Of a stretch of 64,000 nt of DNA, positions 53,321 through 61,017 are shown piece by piece; within the stretch, counting starts at the first letter, position 1; each line of letters begins with the position of its first letter. The position numbers and the translations under genes are program-made. The notes beneath the pieces were generated by a model. It saw nothing but the letters and a program-made list of their open reading frames with translations. It made no database searches and was not told the DNA's origin. Source of the stretch: Eubacteriales bacterium (lineage in GTDB: Bacteria > Bacillota > Clostridia > Oscillospirales > CAG-272); assembly GCA_045658965.1 (NCBI GenBank), contig JAZOVZ010000086.1:43175-107174 (forward strand), read 5' to 3'.

Positions 53321-54691
53321 TCAGTAACCGATCACGGTTTCGTAAACAACCTGGGCGTAAAGTCTGCCAAGGAAGTCGTTGGGGTGATTGATGTTATTAC
53401 CGGTGTGGTCGCGGAAACGCTTGTTTTCCAGAATTCTCTGGCTCATGCTGGTCATCTTTGCAACGGCACAGGACTTGCCTTCCTTAACGTAATCCGCTGC
53501 AAGGCTTTCAAATACGGATTCAAATCTGTGCTGATTGCCGTACCAGCCGTTGGTCGCCTCGGGATTGGGGATCATGGTCGCAACCAGCAGCATTTCTGCC
53601 TCGGGAGCGATTGCATACACCTCGTCAGCAATCTTCTTGATTGCCTTTTGCTCGTTCTTGGGAGAGTTGCCTGCATCGTTCATACCGAATGCCAAGAGGA
53701 AGAAATCACAGCCGTACTGCTCAACGAAGGGAGTGATGTACTCATCAAACTTGTTAAAGCCGTCCGCACTGGTCCAACCGCCTACTGCGGGATTGATGTA
53801 GGTAATGGTACCGTTGGTACCGAATACGGTATCCTCTGCGGGAGGCGGGCATGCACCGGTCAAGCCCGTGTTGACGTACTTGATGGTGTAACCGTACTTC
53901 TGTGCCAGATACTGCGTGAACATCTGGGTATAAGGAGGTGCGTAAGGATGCACGTTTGCACCGCTGGAGGAGGTTGCACCAAAGGTGATACTGTCACCGT
54001 AGAAGATCATGGTAACGTCCTCGCCTGCCTCCATCTTAGCGATCAGCTTGGTAAACTGATCGGACTTTTCGGGCTTGAAGCCTTCCCAGGTCTGGCTGTG
54101 GGTATAGGTCACGGCTACCTGCCACTGAGTCATGGTCGTGCCCTCGCCCCAGTATACGTAGTATCTCTGACCGTCTACCTTAACCTCAAGCTGCGCGGGC
54201 ATTCCTGCAATCTGCTGCTTGTGGTAATACTCGTCAAAAGCAATTACGGGAATGCTTGTGCCCTCCAAGAGCACCAGCTTGCCGTCTACTACGTCATAAT
54301 CCTTACCCTTTTCATAGGTGGTCTTAAGATCGTAGGAGGTCACGGAAAGGATCTCGTCGGGGGTGTACAGAAGTGCCGCCTGGTCGTCCATACCAACGAA
54401 CATCACGGTCTCGTTGTACACGTACTTGCCCTTCCAGATAGGCTTCATATACGCGTTAAGATTGAAAGTGTCGTAAGCGAGCAGCTCTTCGGGAGGCTCG
54501 GGCTCGGTGGTTGCCTCTTCGGTGGTGGGTGCATCGGTTGTCGGTGCATCGGTGGTCTGTGCAGGATCGCCCGTGGGTGCCTCGGTTTCGGCTTCGGTGG
54601 GATCCTCGGTCTGTCCTTGATCACAGCCTACAAAGCAAATGCCCAGCATCAGCATTGCAAGCAGCATAGAAAGAATTCTTTTTGCGTTCAT
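53321..54691 (-). CDS. SGNH/GDSL-family hydrolase lipoprotein
   Basis: Lipobox MLLAMLMLGICFVGC and a T/P/E-rich linker. The SGNH blocks are IFYGDSITFG, GGWTS, LAFGMNDAG and NHPND. Confidence 0.75.
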   Translation of the reverse strand: MNAKRILSMLLAMLMLGICFVGCDQGQTEDPTEAETEAPTGDPAQTTDAPTTDAPTTEEATTEPEPPEELLAYDTFNLNAYMKPIWKGKYVYNETVMFVGMDDQAALLYTPDEILSVTSYDLKTTYEKGKDYDVVDGKLVLLEGTSIPVIAFDEYYHKQQIAGMPAQLEVKVDGQRYYVYWGEGTTMTQWQVAVTYTHSQTWEGFKPEKSDQFTKLIAKMEAGEDVTMIFYGDSITFGATSSSGANVHPYAPPYTQMFTQYLAQKYGYTIKYVNTGLTGACPPPAEDTVFGTNGTITYINPAVGGWTSADGFNKFDEYITPFVEQYGCDFFLLAFGMNDAGNSPKNEQKAIKKIADEVYAIAPEAEMLLVATMIPNPEATNGWYGNQHRFESVFESLAADYVKEGKSCAVAKMTSMSQRILENKRFRDHTGNNINHPNDFLGRLYAQVVYETVIGY

Positions 54692-54729
54692 TGTGTTCCT
54701 CCAAAAATTTATATTGATTTATGAAAGCC

Positions 54730-55167
54730 TTATTTTGTACCGGTAGAGCCAAAACCGCCCGTACCGCGCTCGGTATCGCTCAAAGCATCCACCTCGCAGA
54801 ATGCAGCCTGATAAACGGGCGCGAACACCATCTGTGCCACTCTCTCGCCGGGTTCGACGTATTGGGGAGCGTCGGAATGGTTGTGCAAAGACACCATGAC
54901 CTGACCGCGATAGTCGCAATCAATGACACCTACCTTATTGGCAGGAGCAAGTCCGCGCTTGGTGGCAAGACCGCTGCGTGCGTAAATAAAGCCCGCAAAG
55001 CCCTGCTCTATCTCCATGCTAAGACCCGTGGGGATCAGCACGGTCTGCCCGGGCAGAATGGATACAGGCTTTTCAAGGCAAGCATACAGATCCGCACCTG
55101 CTGCATCGGTGCTACCGTACGTGGGAATTTTGGCGTTTTGCTGCAGCTTTACGATCTTAACTGTCAC
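54730..55167 (-). CDS. dut: dUTP diphosphatase
   Basis: KLQQNAKIPTYGSTDAAGADLYA...IYARSGLATKRGL...GVIDCDYRGQV...GGFGSTG are the 5 dUTPase motifs. I chose GTG-55167, which is preceded by GGAGG-TCGCT and gives a typical length of about 146 aa. The ORF-track start at 55293 adds about 40 non-conserved residues. Confidence 0.85.
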   Translation of the reverse strand: MTVKIVKLQQNAKIPTYGSTDAAGADLYACLEKPVSILPGQTVLIPTGLSMEIEQGFAGFIYARSGLATKRGLAPANKVGVIDCDYRGQVMVSLHNHSDAPQYVEPGERVAQMVFAPVYQAAFCEVDALSDTERGTGGFGSTGTK

Positions 55168-55244
55168 AGCGACCTCCGAATCATATCGATTTCTCATATT
55201 GTAGCAGAAATATTTTAACATAGTATGAACATACCTAATAATTC

Positions 55245-55273
55245 TTGACGATTTGCACTTTTTCGTGTATAAT
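55245..55273 (+). promoter_or_regulatory. SigA-type promoter of the Gfo/Idh/MocA gene
   Basis: TTGACG (55245-55250), a 17-nt spacer, then TATAAT (55268-55273). Confidence 0.7.
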
Positions 55274-55304
55274 ATGGCTAATAGCTTTATCAAGGAGGCA
55301 TATT

Positions 55305-56372
55305 ATGAGCAAAACCAAAGTTGCCGTGATCGGCTGCGGTACGATCGCCAACGGCGCACACATTCCCGCTTACATGAATAACCCCGAGGTGGAGATCAAG
55401 TATTTCTGCGACATCATTCCCGAAAAGGCACAGGCTGCCGTGGAAAAGTACGGCTGCGGTACTGCTATTGTGGACTACCACGACATTCTGGATGATCCGG
55501 ATCTGGACGCGGTTTCGGTTTGTACCCCCAACCGTATGCACACCACCATTGCCATTGACTTTTTGGAGCATGGCAAGCACGTGCTTTGCGAAAAGCCTGC
55601 CGCAAGAACCTATGCAGAGGCAAAGCTGATGCAGGAAGCGCAGCACAAGACGGGCAAGGTGCTCAATATCGGCGTGGTCAACCGCTTCAACACGGCTGTT
55701 AACGAGATCCGCAAGCTGATCGAGGACGGCGTGCTGGGTGAGGTATATCACGTGTACGTTTCCTTCCGCGCATGGCGTTCTATCCCCGGTCTGGGCGGCG
55801 CGTTTACCACCAAGGAGATCGCAGGCGGCGGTGCTTTGATCGACTGGGGCGTGCATTACCTTGATATCGTCATGTTCTGCACCGGCGACCCCAAGCCCCA
55901 AACCGTTTCGGGCAAGGCGTTCTGCAAGCTGGGCGCAGATATGCCCAATTACGTATATGAGGGCATGTGGGCTGAGGATACAAAGGATCTGAACGGCACC
56001 TATGACGTTGACGACAGCGTGACCGGCTTTATCCGCACCGAGGGTCCCACCATCACCTTCAACGGCGCATGGGCACAAAACATCGGCGTGGGCGAGTGCT
56101 ATATCGACTTCCTTGGCGACAAGGCAGGCGTGCGCCTCAATTACGGCGGCAACTTTACCGTGTTCGGCACCAAGGACGGCAAGCTGACCAAGGAAGTGCC
56201 CGAGTACGAGAGCGTGCACATGTTCCAGAACGAGATCGACTCCTTCATCCGTTGCATCAAGACGGGCGAGAAGCTTCCCTCTCACATCGACCAGGTCATC
56301 ATCACCGCACGTATGATGCAGGCGATCTACGACTCCTCCGAGCAGGATCAGGAGATCAAGCTGGAGTGGTAA
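55305..56372 (+). CDS. Gfo/Idh/MocA family oxidoreductase
   Basis: I set the start at ATG-55305 (MSKTKVAVIGCGTIANGAH), which follows AAGGAGG. It carries the VLCEKP motif. Confidence 0.8.
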   Translation: MSKTKVAVIGCGTIANGAHIPAYMNNPEVEIKYFCDIIPEKAQAAVEKYGCGTAIVDYHDILDDPDLDAVSVCTPNRMHTTIAIDFLEHGKHVLCEKPAARTYAEAKLMQEAQHKTGKVLNIGVVNRFNTAVNEIRKLIEDGVLGEVYHVYVSFRAWRSIPGLGGAFTTKEIAGGGALIDWGVHYLDIVMFCTGDPKPQTVSGKAFCKLGADMPNYVYEGMWAEDTKDLNGTYDVDDSVTGFIRTEGPTITFNGAWAQNIGVGECYIDFLGDKAGVRLNYGGNFTVFGTKDGKLTKEVPEYESVHMFQNEIDSFIRCIKTGEKLPSHIDQVIITARMMQAIYDSSEQDQEIKLEW

Positions 56373-56380
56373 AAAACAAA

Positions 56381-56415
56381 ACGACAGACACGCCGCGGCG
56401 TGTCTGTCGTTTTTA
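56381..56415 (+). terminator. Rho-independent terminator
   Basis: ACGACAGACACG (56381-56392) pairs with CGTGTCTGTCGT (56399-56410), followed by TTTTT. Confidence 0.85.
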
Positions 56416-56456
56416 TATGATGCGTGTCGTGGGGAATGTTCAGCGTGAATGCGCCT

Positions 56457-57092
56457 CTAATCAAACAGTTTGAAATTACCAAAGCCGGACACCTCAACTA
56501 TGTTTTCCACATGATCCAACGATGAAAACAATGCACTGTAATCTATCGTGATTTTATATTCACCCGGTTCTTTCGGTAAAGTATCCACAACCGTTCCGTT
56601 CACCGTAATCACCAATTCAACGTCTTTTACTTCATGACCATTGTCGGGTCTGTAATTTTTTGAGGGTGTAACAATGTCATATAGTTGTACTTTTTGGCGT
56701 CCAACCCCGTGCTCATCCGTCCATTCCTCCGTTACAATAAAGCCTCCGAATTTGAAATAAATTTGTGAGTCTTTTTCTTTTACAAGTGTAAAACTGCATG
56801 TATGGTTCTCCGTATCAACACTATGAAACGTCAGAGAACCGGCACTGTTCTGCACGGTTGCGCCAACGTAATAATATCTCAAAGTTTCTGATCCGATGAT
56901 ATCTTGAATATACGGGATCATAAGCGCACCCAATGCAATCACTACACAAATGCTCGCGGCAATTGCAGACCATTTCCACACGTGCGTTTTGCGTTTAGGT
57001 CTATGCCGCAGCCGATCCTTTTGCTGCAAATGCTGCGCAAGAATATCCGCATCCAGATATCCGACGGCATCCATGAAAATATCTTTATTCAT
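56457..57092 (-). CDS. Membrane-anchored sigma partner (short ectodomain), cassette 4
   Basis: It overlaps the sigma stop as ATGA (57089-57092). The N-terminus FMDAVGYLDADILAQHLQQKDRLRHRPKRK is followed by a TM helix (WSAIAASICVVIALGALMIPYI) and a roughly 140-aa beta-rich ectodomain. Confidence 0.65.
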   Translation of the reverse strand: MNKDIFMDAVGYLDADILAQHLQQKDRLRHRPKRKTHVWKWSAIAASICVVIALGALMIPYIQDIIGSETLRYYYVGATVQNSAGSLTFHSVDTENHTCSFTLVKEKDSQIYFKFGGFIVTEEWTDEHGVGRQKVQLYDIVTPSKNYRPDNGHEVKDVELVITVNGTVVDTLPKEPGEYKITIDYSALFSSLDHVENIVEVSGFGNFKLFD

Positions 57093-57679
57093 ACAAAAAT
57101 ATCATTCCTTTCCAAGTGTGATTTTAGTCCCTGCTTGATCTTATCGATCTCTCGATACACGGTTGCAGGCGAGATTTTCAGATCGGCGGCGATGGTCTCC
57201 ACCGATTCCGACAAATAGAATCGGTCGATAAATATGTAGCGTTGGCGGTCGGGCAGCGTCTTGACGTAGTCGTTAATGATCTTCCCTACCTCTGCTGCCT
57301 CGTATGCCGCTTCTACCGAGTCACCGTGATACAGCGTGCCCTGCGCATCTTCCAAAGCAACTGTCAGCTCGGACGGGATGCGCTTTTTGCTTGTTTTTTC
57401 CCTGTAGCGATTGATTGCAATGCGTCGCATGATCTGCACAAGAAACGCTCCAAGCACTGCAGGTCTTGTGGGTGGGATGGCATTCCACGCGCCAAGGTAG
57501 GTGTCGTTTTGGCATTCCTCAGAGTCCTGTCGGTCGTGCAGCATATTGTTGGCGATGCGAAACAGAAATTGCCCGAATTTTTTGTCGGTTTCCTGTATTG
57601 CATTCTCCTGCCGTGTCCAATACAGCTCGATGATCTGCTCGTCAGCCATCACCGTCTGTTGTTCAGTGCGTTTGCTCAT
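57089..57679 (-). CDS. RNA polymerase sigma-70 family (ECF-like) factor, cassette 4
   Basis: ELYWTRQENAIQETDKKFGQFLFRIANNMLHDRQDSEECQNDTYLGAWNAIPPTRP plus an HTH (VETIAADLKISPATVYREIDKIKQGLKSHL). Confidence 0.85.
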   Translation of the reverse strand: MSKRTEQQTVMADEQIIELYWTRQENAIQETDKKFGQFLFRIANNMLHDRQDSEECQNDTYLGAWNAIPPTRPAVLGAFLVQIMRRIAINRYREKTSKKRIPSELTVALEDAQGTLYHGDSVEAAYEAAEVGKIINDYVKTLPDRQRYIFIDRFYLSESVETIAADLKISPATVYREIDKIKQGLKSHLERNDIFV

Positions 57680-57865
57680 GTTTGCCTCCCTTCGTTTTGG
57701 TAGAAAGCGCTTTCATAAATGTATGTCAAGAAATTCTTGGATTTTTCTCATATTTTTCAAATTTTCTAAAAATTTTTTATTCGCGCCCTTGCAGATCCTT
57801 CGCTACGCTCGAGGATGACATATCCGCTGCGCGGATACGTCGCAAGGGCTTGGGAACAGAATAAT

Positions 57866-57995
57866 CCGTAGGGGCGACCTGCGGTCGCCTGCCTGCGTAG
57901 CCATTGGTTATACATATGAATGCCGTAGGGTCGATTCACGAATCGACCGCGCATCCTTATAACCCTTCGTTCGTAGGGGCGATCAGTGATCGCCC
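57866..57995 (+). repeat. Cluster of three REP-like GTAG-hairpin repeats
   Basis: The three units are CCGTAGGGGCGACC-tgc-GGTCGCC (57866-57889), CCGTAGGGTCGATT-cacg-AATCGACC (57923-57948) and TCGTAGGGGCGATC-agt-GATCGCCC (57971-57995). All have the same orientation and lie in a roughly 470-nt non-coding gap. Confidence 0.75.
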
Positions 57996-58149
57996 GCCAA
58001 AAAGCTATCAATCCACGACCCCATAGCCGCGCGAAAATTGTTGTAGACAAGGCGTACCGGAGCGGGCAAGGCGAAGGCTTACTTATCGTAAGTCGAGCCG
58101 CACGCGAGGAACAACGCAGTATACGGCAATTTTCGAAGGCGCATCATTT

Positions 58150-58203
58150 GGAGAAATAGAAAAGGTGAATGCAAAAACACGCATTCACCTTTTCTATTTC
58201 TCC
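58150..58203 (-). terminator. rplS terminator: perfect 23-bp inverted repeat
   Basis: GGAGAAATAGAAAAGGTGAATGC (58150-58172) pairs with GCATTCACCTTTTCTATTTCTCC (58181-58203), with an 8-nt loop. It starts 5 nt after the rplS stop. Confidence 0.7.
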
Positions 58204-58207
58204 AAGA

Positions 58208-58549
58208 TTAAATCTTTTCCTTAACCTTGGATGCCTTACCAACTCTGCCGCGCAGGTAGTACAGCTTTGCACGTCTAACCTTACCGTAACGGATGGTCTC
58301 AACAGCGACTACGTTGGGAGAGTGGATGGGGAAAGTCTTTTCAACGCCGCAGCCGTAAGAAATTCTTCTTACAGTGAAAGTAGCGGAAATGCCTGCACCG
58401 TGCTTAGCGATAACAGTGCCTTCGAAAAGCTGGATTCTCTCTCTGGAACCCTCTTTGATCTTGTTGTGTACACGTACGGTGTCACCAACGTTGACAGAAG
58501 GAATTTCCTTCTTCAATTGCTCGTTTGTAAAAGCCTCGATAATGTTCAT
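58208..58549 (-). CDS. rplS: 50S ribosomal protein L19
   Basis: I set the start at ATG-58549 ([28 protein letters not shown]...), preceded by AAGGAGG. This gives 114 aa. The ORF-track start at 58630 lies in the 5' UTR. Confidence 0.93.
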   Translation of the reverse strand: MNIIEAFTNEQLKKEIPSVNVGDTVRVHNKIKEGSRERIQLFEGTVIAKHGAGISATFTVRRISYGCGVEKTFPIHSPNVVAVETIRYGKVRRAKLYYLRGRVGKASKVKEKI

Positions 58550-58635
58550 GATGGCCCTCCTTATCATTCGGATGTTCTTGCGAGCATGCAGCGGACCACC
58601 CGTTCTAATTGCCGTGCTCATAGCACGCAACGGAT

Positions 58636-58664
58636 ATTATACCATATACTTTTGAAAAATGCAA
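58636..58664 (-). promoter_or_regulatory. SigA-type promoter of rplS
   Basis: On the minus strand: TTGCAT (58664-58659), a 17-nt spacer, then TATAAT (58641-58636). This leaves a 5' UTR of about 80 nt with a GCGTGCT-atg-AGCACGGC hairpin. Confidence 0.75.
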
Positions 58665-58704
58665 TAGGTTTTGGAAAAATATTTTACATTTTTCTCATAT
58701 TTTT

Positions 58705-60120
58705 TTAGCGTTTTAATCTCCCCTTCACCATCTCGGGCAGCATCTTCAGCATGGACAGCAGCGCAGGCGCATTGATGCCTACCACGACAGCGGTGCAAAG
58801 TCCGATCCACAACATCCACATGGGCGGCGCGAGCATCATAATGGCGACCATGCCGCAAAGCAGTACGGTGTTGACCGTGATCTTGGGAATCTGCAAATTG
58901 AAGCGGATATACTTATGCATGGTTGCCGCGCGCAGTACAAATACTGCAAAGTAGCTGATCAGGGTGGCAACAGACGCGCCAACCGCACCCCACGTAGGAA
59001 TCCAGATCAGGTTAAGCGCGATATTGAGCACCGCGCCCGCCATGGAGGTATAGAAGGACACCATGGTCTTTTTCTTGGTGAAATACGCGGTGGCAAGGAA
59101 GGAATCAAACGAGGTGAACACGGTGGCGGCAACCAAAATGGGCACGTACAGCCAAGCCTCGTAATAGGAATCGGCAAACAAAATGATCGAGCACACTTTG
59201 GCAAACGCGATCAGGAACGCACCGCCCACGAATACGATCGCCACGTAATAGCGGAACACCTTGGAGAAGAATGCAGCGCACTCCCCTTCATCATCCGACT
59301 CTTTGACCGCGGACAGTCGCCACGCCTCGTTGAATACAGAGACCATATAGGTCAGCAGCGTGGGGATCTTATACGCGGCGGCGTACAAGCCGTTCTCGGC
59401 ATCCGAGCGCATGCGCGCAACCAGATAGCGGTCAGAGACACCCGTGATCCACCAGAACACCGTGGTGGGAATGAGCGGCAGCGAAAAACGCAGCATCTCG
59501 CCCATCAAGGGCTTGGATATCTTCTTGACAGAAAAAGCACGCCACAGACGGCAGAACAGGATCAGAACGACCGTAGTTGTAAAATCAGCGCACACGACGC
59601 TGAGCACGTAGCCCTCGACCTTCATGCCAAAGCCAAGCAGGAACAGCAAGTTGAACGCGATATTGAGTGCGGTATTGAGAATTCCCTGCGCGGCAAAGGT
59701 CTTGGTCCTGCCGATGGCGCACACGTACTGCGCGCAGACAGAATGAACGTTGGAGCAAAGCACAAACAGCACGATCAGCCACAGGTAGGGGGCAAAATAT
59801 TCCAGCAGCAACAGCAGCGGCGAGAGCAGCAGGAACGCAAGCGTACTGATGCCCAGTATCGCAACGCCGCTGGAGAAAAACGCTTGCTTATCCCCTTCCT
59901 TGGCAGCTGCATTGCGGAAAATGCCCTCACTGATGCCAAGGCAAGCAAGCGGAATGAGCAGATTTGCAAGCTGGGTGATAAGATCCGCGGTGGAATACTG
60001 CGCCTCGGACAGGCACGCGGTATACAGCGGCATCATGAAAAAGACCAACAGCTTGGAAATAAATTTTCCTGCCGTAAAGATCATGGTATTGCCAAACAAC
60101 CGCTTAAGTCTTGCATCCAC
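58705..60120 (-). CDS. MOP-superfamily polysaccharide/oligosaccharide flippase (Wzx/SpoVB/MurJ-like)
   Basis: A polytopic protein of about 14 TM helices with an N-terminus typical of polysaccharide biosynthesis proteins (LKRLFGNTMIFTAGKFISKLLVFFMMPLYT). I chose GTG-60120, which is preceded by GGGGGTGA and lies downstream of the mapped promoter. The ORF-track start at 60216 lies inside the upstream terminator. Confidence 0.7.
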   Translation of the reverse strand: MDARLKRLFGNTMIFTAGKFISKLLVFFMMPLYTACLSEAQYSTADLITQLANLLIPLACLGISEGIFRNAAAKEGDKQAFFSSGVAILGISTLAFLLLSPLLLLLEYFAPYLWLIVLFVLCSNVHSVCAQYVCAIGRTKTFAAQGILNTALNIAFNLLFLLGFGMKVEGYVLSVVCADFTTTVVLILFCRLWRAFSVKKISKPLMGEMLRFSLPLIPTTVFWWITGVSDRYLVARMRSDAENGLYAAAYKIPTLLTYMVSVFNEAWRLSAVKESDDEGECAAFFSKVFRYYVAIVFVGGAFLIAFAKVCSIILFADSYYEAWLYVPILVAATVFTSFDSFLATAYFTKKKTMVSFYTSMAGAVLNIALNLIWIPTWGAVGASVATLISYFAVFVLRAATMHKYIRFNLQIPKITVNTVLLCGMVAIMMLAPPMWMLWIGLCTAVVVGINAPALLSMLKMLPEMVKGRLKR

Positions 60121-60154
60121 GCGCTCACCCCCTTTGAAAAATCCGTACTGATTT

Positions 60155-60183
60155 ATTGTATCATTTTCGTGCGCGGGTGTCAA
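60155..60183 (-). promoter_or_regulatory. SigA-type promoter (extended -10) of the flippase gene
   Basis: On the minus strand: TTGACA (60183-60178), a 17-nt spacer ending in TGA, then TACAAT (60160-60155). Confidence 0.7.
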
Positions 60184-60201
60184 GGCAAAAACGCAAAAAA
60201 A

Positions 60202-60241
60202 AGCCGCGCCGGGCATACTACAGTATCACCCGTGCGCGGCT
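60202..60241 (-). terminator. Rho-independent terminator of argS-yebC
   Basis: AGCCGCGC (60202-60209) pairs with GCGCGGCT (60234-60241), with inner CGGG/CCCG pairs. On the minus strand it is followed by TTTTTTTTGCGTTTTTG. Confidence 0.8.
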
Positions 60242-60260
60242 GTTTTATGACTTTACAATA

Positions 60261-60995
60261 TCATTCATCCTGGTTTTCCCAGTTGTGGAATACGGTGAGC
60301 ACGTCGTCGTCCTCTTCCAGCTTTTCCAAGAGCAGATTCATGAACTTCTTGTCGTCGTCCGTGGTCAGCTCGGTGTAGGTAGAGGGGATCATGGTCTGCT
60401 CGGCGGAAAGCACGGGATAGCCCGCTGCCTTGATCGACTCAGCAACTGCAAATACGTCTGCGCTCTCGGTGTAGATCTCGAAAACCTCACCCTCAGCTGC
60501 AAAGTCCTCTGCACCTGCCTCCATTGCATCCTCCATCAGCTTATCCTCGTCGATGTCGCCGTCCTCGTTATCGATCACGATCAGTCCCTTTTCGGAGAAC
60601 ATAAAGCTGACGCTGCCCGTGGTACCGAGGTTGCCGTGGTACTTAGAGAAAGCGGCACGCACGTTGCCTGCGGTTCTGTTACGGTTATCGGTAGCAGCTC
60701 TTACGATAACTGCTACGCCTGCGGGACCGTAGCCCTCGTAGGTGATCTCTTCAAAGTTATCGCCGCCTGCGCCCAGTGCCTTTTCAATGCTTCTCTTGAT
60801 GTTATCGTTGGGCACGTTGTTTGCCTTTGCCTTAGCGATCAGATCACGAAGCTTGCTGTTATTGTTGGGGTCGCCGCCGCCAGCCTTAACGGCTACTGCG
60901 ATTTCCTTACCGATCTGGGTAAAGATCTTACCCTTAGCGGCGTCGGTCTTTTCCTTCTTGTGCTTGATATTCGCCCATTTGCTATGTCCGGACAT
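60261..60995 (-). CDS. yebC: YebC/PmpR family DNA-binding transcriptional regulator
   Basis: MSGHSKWANIKHKKEKTDAAKGKIFTQIGKEI...NVPNDNIKRSIEKA is an unmistakable YebC-family N-terminus. 244 aa. Confidence 0.92.
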   Translation of the reverse strand: MSGHSKWANIKHKKEKTDAAKGKIFTQIGKEIAVAVKAGGGDPNNNSKLRDLIAKAKANNVPNDNIKRSIEKALGAGGDNFEEITYEGYGPAGVAVIVRAATDNRNRTAGNVRAAFSKYHGNLGTTGSVSFMFSEKGLIVIDNEDGDIDEDKLMEDAMEAGAEDFAAEGEVFEIYTESADVFAVAESIKAAGYPVLSAEQTMIPSTYTELTTDDDKKFMNLLLEKLEEDDDVLTVFHNWENQDE

Positions 60996-61017
60996 GTTGT
61001 ATTACCTCACTTGTGTG

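Noticed and set aside
57766-58050. 94-aa ORF (and 57682..57864 on the + strand) in the gap upstream of rplS
   Set aside because: The sequence is built from the GTAG-hairpin repeats; the recurring RPYG peptides are just translated repeats. There is no RBS, so I treat it as non-coding.
60121-60216. N-terminal extension of the flippase ORF (start at 60216)
   Set aside because: It would begin inside the argS-yebC terminator and upstream of the mapped promoter (60155-60183). GTG-60120 has a strong SD.
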